Assembly: GCA_021734065.1 (NCBI GenBank)
Contig: JAIPJQ010000003.1
Coordinates: 1,497 to 65,496, forward strand
Length of the DNA: 64,000 nucleotides
Origin: Fidelibacterota bacterium
GTDB taxonomy: Bacteria; Fidelibacterota; UBA8477
Direction: 5' to 3'
Position numbers and translations under genes: made by a program. Numbering within the stretch: the first letter of the stretch is position 1; the number at the start of each line of letters is the position of its first letter. Under the pieces are notes generated by a model, which saw only the letters and a program-made list of their open reading frames with translations, searched no databases and was not told the DNA's origin. Shown piece by piece: positions 57,498-64,000 of this stretch.

Positions 57498-59873
57498 TCA
57501 GGCCGTGATTTCCATCGTGTTATAACCAAAATCGCGGCTGGATTTACCGGGCTGGGAATATTCCCGGACAACCGAGCCGGATCCATTCCCCGTTCTACGG
57601 GGTGTTCCGGCTTCATGACGCCCATCCGAATCGGCGTGAGCGCCAAAATTTTTCTGAAAATTTTGATCCTGATTGCCCTGCGTCTGCTTATCGGCGCCAC
57701 CCTCCCAGGGCAACCGCACATCGATATTTTGGACCACAATGCCTTTCCGCTCCAAATTGGCCAGGAGCGCGGGCAGACTACCGCGAACTGCGTCCCTGGT
57801 CGATTCGTTTTCCACAATTATAGTGACTGCGCGGTTTCCGGTATCATGACTCAGTTGAATATTCAATGTCCCCCAACTCCCGGACTTCACCTGCATCTGC
57901 TGCATCCCGGGCTGTTGCTGGATCCGTCCTTCCAGCATGGAAAGGACACGGTGAACCATCTGGGGAAGAATTGTTGCCGGCTCACGCGATCCGGCAGATG
58001 ACGGTGTGCTCTGATGGATCGATGGATCAACCCGGTCGGGTGCCAGTCCGGTGTCACCATCGCCGGTTTTTGTTGTTGTGATGGTGGTCGATACTTGTGA
58101 TTCTGACGGGGTGAGATGTGGCGGTTGGGCGCTTTTCACGGATTCATGATCCGCAGGTTGTGTGTCAACTTTCACCTGATCACCCTTTTGAATCGTAGGT
58201 ACTGGCCCCTCCGGCTTTGTCGGTACTCCCGGAACATTCTGACTGGCTTGTTGCGACCGGGTCGTGGCGGTGTGAACGACCGGCCGTATGATCTTACCAA
58301 TTTCCGGATTTACGGATGATGCCTTTGGTGGATCACTTGATGGAACCTCACCCCTGGTAATTTTTCGTTTCCGATTGATTTCGAGCGTATCCGAAATCGG
58401 TTTCTCCAGTGTGACAGCAACCCGTGAAGTGATAAGGGGATCCGTGTTCATCTCTTTCCGAATGGCAGCATTTTGGACGGGTGCTGATTGAGACTTTATT
58501 TTCTTTGAGATGGGATCCGGTTGGGTTGTCAAAAGTTGGTCAACGGCCTGGCGCGCATCTGTCGTTGGGGGCGCCGGTGTCTTGATATCAGAAAGGCTCT
58601 TCTGGAGTGGTGCCGGCCGGTTCATCAAATTGTGGTCAGATTGCTTTGTTTCAGGTTCAAGCGTTTGAGGAATAGACGCGGCAGGCTTTCGCAGATTGGA
58701 TGTGTCGGCATCGGCCGGCTTTGAATTTACTTCGTTTGACTGGATGGAACTGATTGGTTTGGCGGCAGGCCTTCCGGGTTTGGGAGTATTTGCCAATGCA
58801 TCATTCAGAGCCGCTGTTCTATTGGTTGCTGGAGGTATCGATTCTCCCGCCCGGACAGGCTGTTTTGGTTTTCCGGGTTCGTCGATCTGAGGTAAATGAG
58901 TTGGTTTCGATGCCATACCCAAATCGATGGGCTTGCGGGGGGCTTTTCCCGTGTCCGTGGGGGAAGTTGGTTCAGCCAGGTATTTTTCCGGAGATTTCCG
59001 ACCCGCCGGCGACACCGTCTGGCGTCCTGAAGAGAGATTGGGAGTTGAAATCTCCGGAGACCTTGTCGGGGCTGACCCAATCGTATCGGCCCCTATGTTT
59101 TTTAGATTGTTCACATCAACCGGCACACCATGCCTTGACGTCCCCGCGCGATTCAGAATGTTTGATTCCCACTGAAAGCTGGAATCTTTTAATTCCGTGG
59201 CAGGCATAACTCCATTCACAAGGGATTGGGTCGGTTTTGTTGATTTTTCCAATGGTACAGCATTGATAACACCCGGAATGGATTGTTGCTGATTCGGAGC
59301 AGCGAACTGATGAATCTGGCTGGCTTGTGTTCCGGATAAAGCATGACCCGTCAAGGTCTGTTTCAAGGTACTTGTGACCGAGTTAACCGGCTTAACAACT
59401 TCAGCGGTTAAGCTTGTTATTGGAGAACGCTTTAGATTCACCGCATCATCTACCACCGGATTTGGGGGGGATTGGACCAGACCGTTGGGATTGGTGGATG
59501 CAACAATCTCCGGATTCACCGTCGGTATGGGTGTAAGAGCTGTTTTCACCGTCAAGGCTTCTACATTCTGCCCGCTAAGGGTTTCAGGAAAATCAACTTT
59601 TCCAGGTGTAATACCAGGAGGTTCGGTATTTGGGCGGTCTGGTGATTGAAGACCCGCTTCCCCTATGGCGTCAATCTGTTCGGCAACATTCTTATCAGAC
59701 TTATCGGACAGAGGCAGTTTTACCTGATTCGGCTTGGTTATGATTCTCGTCTGGGAGTGGAGTTGGTTGAAAATCTCCCCAAATGGAGCCATGGGCATGG
59801 TTCCGGACAGATTTTTTTCCTTCGGATTGGGGGCGTTGGATTCAGGGAAATCTTTAATCGGGGAGAGATTCAT
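57498..59873 (-). CDS. fliK: flagellar hook-length control protein FliK (very long, Pro/Thr/Ser-rich)
   Basis: 791 aa. Long low-complexity region, then a C-terminal Flg_hook-type domain (WGTLNIQLSHDTGNRAVTIIVENESTRDAVRGSLPALLANLERKGI). Confidence 0.8.
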   Translation of the reverse strand: MNLSPIKDFPESNAPNPKEKNLSGTMPMAPFGEIFNQLHSQTRIITKPNQVKLPLSDKSDKNVAEQIDAIGEAGLQSPDRPNTEPPGITPGKVDFPETLSGQNVEALTVKTALTPIPTVNPEIVASTNPNGLVQSPPNPVVDDAVNLKRSPITSLTAEVVKPVNSVTSTLKQTLTGHALSGTQASQIHQFAAPNQQQSIPGVINAVPLEKSTKPTQSLVNGVMPATELKDSSFQWESNILNRAGTSRHGVPVDVNNLKNIGADTIGSAPTRSPEISTPNLSSGRQTVSPAGRKSPEKYLAEPTSPTDTGKAPRKPIDLGMASKPTHLPQIDEPGKPKQPVRAGESIPPATNRTAALNDALANTPKPGRPAAKPISSIQSNEVNSKPADADTSNLRKPAASIPQTLEPETKQSDHNLMNRPAPLQKSLSDIKTPAPPTTDARQAVDQLLTTQPDPISKKIKSQSAPVQNAAIRKEMNTDPLITSRVAVTLEKPISDTLEINRKRKITRGEVPSSDPPKASSVNPEIGKIIRPVVHTATTRSQQASQNVPGVPTKPEGPVPTIQKGDQVKVDTQPADHESVKSAQPPHLTPSESQVSTTITTTKTGDGDTGLAPDRVDPSIHQSTPSSAGSREPATILPQMVHRVLSMLEGRIQQQPGMQQMQVKSGSWGTLNIQLSHDTGNRAVTIIVENESTRDAVRGSLPALLANLERKGIVVQNIDVRLPWEGGADKQTQGNQDQNFQKNFGAHADSDGRHEAGTPRRTGNGSGSVVREYSQPGKSSRDFGYNTMEITA

Positions 59874-59884
59874 CGTATTACTTC

Positions 59885-60442
59885 CTACCCTTCGGATTGT
59901 ATTCCGGCGAGTTCTTTGGTGATCTCTGCCGCGCGTTTGGTGGAGAGAGCGGTCATAATCATTTTCTTTGAGCGTGAGCCCATGTTTTGGTATATGGCAA
60001 TTACGGTGGCGTCATCCACGTTATTCAGGATGGGTCCCAGTTCGGTTACCTTCATGGTTTCGAAAGTCTTCGCCAGATCTTTGACATTTGCTGCCTGTTT
60101 TTGATCTTCATTCATTTTTTCTTTCAGTCCTGCCAATTGCTTCTCGTATTGAGACACAACGCTTTCCTGGCTGGCGATAACCCCATTCAGGCTGTCCACC
60201 TTTGTATCACGCAGGAAAATTTCATTTTTCAGGTTGGTGAATTCGGTTTTCAGGCTGTCCAGTTGTTTATCCCGGACCTCCAGCAACATTTCAGAAACCG
60301 ATTTTTGATCAGGATATTTTGATTCCCGGGTGACCTCTTCCGGTGCCTCTGGATTCAGTTGGGATAGAGCGAAAAAGATGATTACCACCAGCGTGAAAAA
60401 AACGCCGATACCTGCCGTTACCATGATGAGAATTTTCTTCAT
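59885..60442 (-). CDS. flagellar protein with MgtE-N-like domain (YlxF/FlbB family)
   Basis: 185 aa. N-terminal TM, coiled coil, then C-terminus ETMKVTELGPILNNVDDATVIAIYQNMGSRSKKMIMTALSTKRAAEITKEL. Sits between fliJ and fliK, as ylxF does in Bacillus. Confidence 0.6.
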   Translation of the reverse strand: MKKILIMVTAGIGVFFTLVVIIFFALSQLNPEAPEEVTRESKYPDQKSVSEMLLEVRDKQLDSLKTEFTNLKNEIFLRDTKVDSLNGVIASQESVVSQYEKQLAGLKEKMNEDQKQAANVKDLAKTFETMKVTELGPILNNVDDATVIAIYQNMGSRSKKMIMTALSTKRAAEITKELAGIQSEG

Positions 60443-60906
60443 GAGTCTTCCCGGTTCCTTTGTTGTGCTCCCCGCAGTCGCTGTGCAATTTCAGCTTCCT
60501 CCGATTGCTCTTTTTTGCGTATTTCTTTTCTATACTCAGTCAGATGTTTGCCTTTGAGAATTTCCAATGCCTTCTTCCTCTGATTAGCCTTGATCAGCGC
60601 CTGATGCTGGTCGGTGACACGTGAGGTGGATTCAGCCACGGTTTTTTCCTGATTTTCGATTCGGGTCGATAATTGAATCACATAATCCCTGGAGAGCTGT
60701 AATGACATTGGGTTCAGAGACGATCCCGGTCGTTGAATGGTTTCATTACCGGCCAGGGTTTGATCTTTGTTGACTTGCATGGATTCCAATTCATCGCGTT
60801 TTCCGTTCAGCTCCTGTTTCGATTTTTCCAGCTCCACCGCGTGGGTTTCCACCATCATTTCTTTGATGTCCAGAATTTTCTGTAGTGAAAAGCGTGGCTT
60901 TTTCAT
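60439..60906 (-). CDS. fliJ: flagellar export chaperone/stalk protein FliJ
   Basis: 155-aa coiled-coil protein directly after fliI, with overlapping stop/start codons. Confidence 0.8.
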   Translation of the reverse strand: MKKPRFSLQKILDIKEMMVETHAVELEKSKQELNGKRDELESMQVNKDQTLAGNETIQRPGSSLNPMSLQLSRDYVIQLSTRIENQEKTVAESTSRVTDQHQALIKANQRKKALEILKGKHLTEYRKEIRKKEQSEEAEIAQRLRGAQQRNREDS

Positions 60907-62240
60907 GGGGTCGTCTGACCTTCCCGGTTAAACATGGAAGCCATTCTGGATTTCGTTTCCGCAAATGATGTATTTTCACCCATATCCTGACGCAGGAATG
61001 TCTGCATTTGATCCAAATATTTGATGGCGCGATCTACCCTGGGGTTGCTGCCTTTCGTATAAGCGCCGATATTGATTAAATCTTCAGAATCCCGGTAACT
61101 GGCCAAAAGTTCAAGCATTTCACCAGCTTGCTCATTGTGGTCAGGGGTGATGATTTCGTTTTTTAAACGACTGACGCTCTCCAGCACGTCAATGGCCGGA
61201 TAATGATTGCGGGTCGCCAATTTTCGCGAGAGTACGATATGTCCATCCAAAATTGCCCGACTGGCATCACTGATGGGTTCATCCATATCATCCCCTTCGA
61301 CCAAAACGGTATATAACCCGGTAATACTTCCCTTCTCGTCCGTGCCGGCACGCTCTAAAAGTTGGGGTAAAAGGGAAAACACTGAGGGTGTATACCCCTT
61401 AGCGGTTGGTGGTTCACCCACCGCCAGACCGATTTCCCGCTGAGCCATGGCTACGCGGGTTAAGGAGTCCATCAGGAGCAGTACATTTTTACCTTGGGCG
61501 CGAAACGATTCTGCCATGGCTGTGGCTATCAAGGCACCTTTAATGCGCACCATGGCAGCCTGATCGGAGGTCGCCACCACAAGAATGGACCTTGCCAGAC
61601 CATCAGCCCGCAAATTACTTTCAATAAAATCACGTACTTCACGACCTCGCTCGCCAATCAGGGCGATGACATTCACATCCGCTGTGGTATAGCGGGCCAT
61701 CATCCCCAGCAGCACACTTTTGCCCACACCACTACCGGCAAAAATTCCAACCCGTTGTCCTTTGCCCAGTGTCAGTAATCCATCCACGGCTCGAACACCC
61801 GTAGCCAGCGGTTCTTTGATTCGACGCCGCTTTAATGGATTCGGGGGTGTGTTGTAAACCGGTGCCTGGTGGGTCGTCTGTAAAGGACCTTTGCCATCAA
61901 TGGGATTTCCCAATCCATCCAAAATCCGGCCCAGCAAACTCTCCCCTGCTGCGACAGTGAGTGGCGTGGGGCTCAATGTCACCCGGCTACCGGGAAAGAT
62001 CCCCAAAGTTTCCGCCAAGGGCATCAAGAGCACCTTTCCTCGCTTGAAACCAACGATTTCCGAGCGAATCGTGGAACCTGATCGCGTGGTAATATTGCAG
62101 ATGTCACCCAGTGTTCCCTGGGGTAATGAGGCTTCGATGACCATTCCAATCACCTGCGTGACCCTCCCATCAACATGGATGGAATCCTGTGCAGATAGCG
62201 ATTCGCTGTAACGGGCTAATCTGGCGGAAAGATTATTCAT
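60903..62240 (-). CDS. fliI: flagellum-specific ATPase FliI
   Basis: About 445 aa from ATG 62240 (8-nt overlap with the fliH stop). Walker A GSGVGKSVLLGMM and Walker B VLLLMDS. The ORF-track extension back to 62456 runs inside fliH. Confidence 0.93.
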   Translation of the reverse strand: MNNLSARLARYSESLSAQDSIHVDGRVTQVIGMVIEASLPQGTLGDICNITTRSGSTIRSEIVGFKRGKVLLMPLAETLGIFPGSRVTLSPTPLTVAAGESLLGRILDGLGNPIDGKGPLQTTHQAPVYNTPPNPLKRRRIKEPLATGVRAVDGLLTLGKGQRVGIFAGSGVGKSVLLGMMARYTTADVNVIALIGERGREVRDFIESNLRADGLARSILVVATSDQAAMVRIKGALIATAMAESFRAQGKNVLLLMDSLTRVAMAQREIGLAVGEPPTAKGYTPSVFSLLPQLLERAGTDEKGSITGLYTVLVEGDDMDEPISDASRAILDGHIVLSRKLATRNHYPAIDVLESVSRLKNEIITPDHNEQAGEMLELLASYRDSEDLINIGAYTKGSNPRVDRAIKYLDQMQTFLRQDMGENTSFAETKSRMASMFNREGQTTP

Positions 62241-63054
62241 GAGTCGATGGTGTGTCCGGTTGCGGCGGGTTGTCTGTTGAATCCTGATTGGCGAACAGTT
62301 CCTGCCGGAGATTCGCCAGTTGTCGATCCAAAGTGCCCTCCAGGATAAAATCGTCGGATTCGACCCGGCATTCGCCCGGTTTAAGTTTAGGATCACTGTT
62401 GAGAATGACGCGGGATGTGGATGACTGCCGGAGCGTGTCCAGCTCGTCACTTCCATTCAACCATGTGTGTTGGTCCGGGGAAAGGGTAATTCGAATCTCT
62501 TGTTGATCCATCAATCGGTTCAGGCACGAATTGATCTGATGCGATACAATCCGGCGCGACTTACCGGCATCGTTTATGAGGTCACCCACGATATTGTGAA
62601 CCGAGCGAAGGATTATATCGGAAATGACCGGTTCCAACTGATCGGGCAGGGTTTGATATTCATCACGCAGGGTTTCCAGTAGCTGGCGGAAATCCGCTCT
62701 GAGGATGTCGAGTTCCTGATCCTGGCGATCCAGATAAATTCGTTCCGCTTCAGAAAATCCGGATTTGAATGCTTCATCACGAGCATTTTGCAGGCTCTGT
62801 TCCAGGTATGAGATACGGTGCTTGAGCGTTTTTAAGCGGATATTGTCACCATTGTTGTTCCCATTCGGATAGTCGCCATTGGAAGCATGGTTGGCGGGCA
62901 CATCGCCGGATGAAACAGAGAAGTCCGATTCCCCGGAAGCCGGTGACACATCCTCATTACCGGTACGACCAAGATAATCCGGAGTTAATGGCCGATGACC
63001 AGTGATCCGAATATTGGTGACCGGTTTGGGTAGCGGGATTTGAATTAAACTCAC
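62233..63054 (-). CDS. fliH: flagellar export ATPase regulator FliH
   Basis: 273 aa. Positioned between fliG and fliI. Coiled-coil middle and a FliH-like C-terminus (RVESDDFILEGTLDRQL). Confidence 0.8.
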   Translation of the reverse strand: MSLIQIPLPKPVTNIRITGHRPLTPDYLGRTGNEDVSPASGESDFSVSSGDVPANHASNGDYPNGNNNGDNIRLKTLKHRISYLEQSLQNARDEAFKSGFSEAERIYLDRQDQELDILRADFRQLLETLRDEYQTLPDQLEPVISDIILRSVHNIVGDLINDAGKSRRIVSHQINSCLNRLMDQQEIRITLSPDQHTWLNGSDELDTLRQSSTSRVILNSDPKLKPGECRVESDDFILEGTLDRQLANLRQELFANQDSTDNPPQPDTPSTHE

Positions 63055-64000
63055 TCAATCACCTCCTCTTCGCCATGCCCCAACACAATTTCACCTGAAT
63101 CTTCCAGATCATGGACCACATCCAGAATCTTTTTCTGCGCGTCTTCCACGTCACGCACACGAACCGGCCCCAGATATTGGAGCTCATCTTTCAGCATTTC
63201 AGCGGCCCGTTCGGACATATTTTGATACACCTTCTCGCGCAATTCTTCACCGGTGGCTTTCAGCGCCAGAGCCAGAGTCTTGGAATCAATATCTTTCAGG
63301 ATCATTTGGATTGCGTTATCGGACAGCGTCACAATATCCTCGAATAAGAACATCAATCCGGTGATCTCTTCCGCCAGGTTCGTATCCCGTTCCCGCAGAT
63401 TATCCAATATGTTCTTCTCGGCTGAGCGGCTGCTGAAATTGAGGATTTCCGCCACCGCTTCCGCGCCGCCAGCCGCACTGAAGCCGCTCCCCAAAACTGA
63501 CCCCATCTGTTCTCGCAGGACCGCTTCCACATCATCGATCAATTCCGGAGATGTTTTTTCCATCCGGGCCAGGCGGAAAGCGATCTCGGCTTGCTGGTCT
63601 TCGGGTAAGTTGGAGATAATGGAGGCCGCCTGCGGCGGTTTCAAGTTAGCCAGAATCAGCGCCGCAGTTTGCGGATGTTCTTTCTGTAAAAAGTTCTGAA
63701 GCTGATTGTCATCCACCGTCTGAATGAGATAGAATGCACTCATCTCGGTCGCCGCTTCCACTCGTTTGATGACATCATCCGCCCGCTTCTGGCCCCAAGC
63801 GCTTTCCAGCACCTCGCGGGCATATTTGATACCACCTTCCATCATATATTGATTGGCCTGAAGCAACTGGTAAAATTCTTCTATACTGGCGTGGAGAATC
63901 TGAGCCGGAATCTCTTTCATCTTGGCGATTTCCAGGGTGATTTTTTCCACCTCGGACTCGTGGAGATTTTTCATCACCCGGGAGGCATTTTCCGCCCCCA
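63051..64000 (-). CDS. fliG: flagellar rotor protein FliG, 5'-truncated by the window edge
   Basis: C-terminal torque-helix region and MFLFED motif. The reading frame stays open upstream of the ORF-track GTG (…GAENASRVMKNLHESEVEKI), so the gene continues past nt 64000. Confidence 0.92.
   Translation of the reverse strand, partial: GAENASRVMKNLHESEVEKITLEIAKMKEIPAQILHASIEEFYQLLQANQYMMEGGIKYAREVLESAWGQKRADDVIKRVEAATEMSAFYLIQTVDDNQLQNFLQKEHPQTAALILANLKPPQAASIISNLPEDQQAEIAFRLARMEKTSPELIDDVEAVLREQMGSVLGSGFSAAGGAEAVAEILNFSSRSAEKNILDNLRERDTNLAEEITGLMFLFEDIVTLSDNAIQMILKDIDSKTLALALKATGEELREKVYQNMSERAAEMLKDELQYLGPVRVRDVEDAQKKILDVVHDLEDSGEIVLGHGEEEVIE

Noticed and set aside
62241-62456. 72-codon upstream extension of the fliI ORF
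   Set aside because: It lies entirely inside fliH in another frame and has no FliI similarity. ATG 62240 gives the usual fliH-fliI overlap and the normal FliI N-terminus.
1-64000. CRISPR arrays, IS elements, integrases, tRNA and rRNA genes
   Set aside because: I saw no repeat-spacer periodicity, no transposase- or integrase-like ORF and no rRNA or tRNA signatures on either strand. The excisionase-type HTH at 15223 has no integrase partner and sits behind a sigma-28 promoter.

Overview
The window is dominated by a nearly complete flagellar regulon, almost all on the minus strand. From high to low coordinates the order is: fliG (truncated at the window edge)-fliH-fliI-fliJ-ylxF-like-fliK-flgD-small flagellar operon protein-flgE-motA-motB, then a 728-bp non-coding gap, then fliL-fliM-fliN/Y-fliO-P-Q-R-flhB-flhA-flhF-flhG-fliA. 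Next come three unknown ORFs and a PAS histidine kinase paired with a GAF protein that has a DHp domain but no ATPase domain. Then follow flgF-G-A-H-I-J'(rod-binding only)-flgN-flgK-flgL-fliW-csrA. Directly after csrA lies a 2072-aa single ORF that fuses two sulfotransferases, a methyltransferase, four glycosyltransferase modules and TPRs, followed by a Crp-like regulator and a GT2-TPR enzyme. A late-gene block (flagellin-fliS-fliD-flaG-orf-flgM-like) and a plus-strand operon (HTH, REC with degenerate HD-GYP, and a second MotAB stator) are driven by divergent sigma-28 promoters that match the consensus exactly. The left end carries a histidine kinase, an alpha-2-macroglobulin/pbpC pair and greA. 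FlgH and FlgI indicate a diderm host; the operon order resembles the Firmicute/spirochaete fla operon. I saw no tRNA, rRNA, CRISPR array or mobile element. The best leads are the giant modification enzyme, the kinases lacking a catalytic ATPase domain, the sigma-28-driven stator operon, the unknown ORFs after fliA and the large structured gap upstream of fliL.
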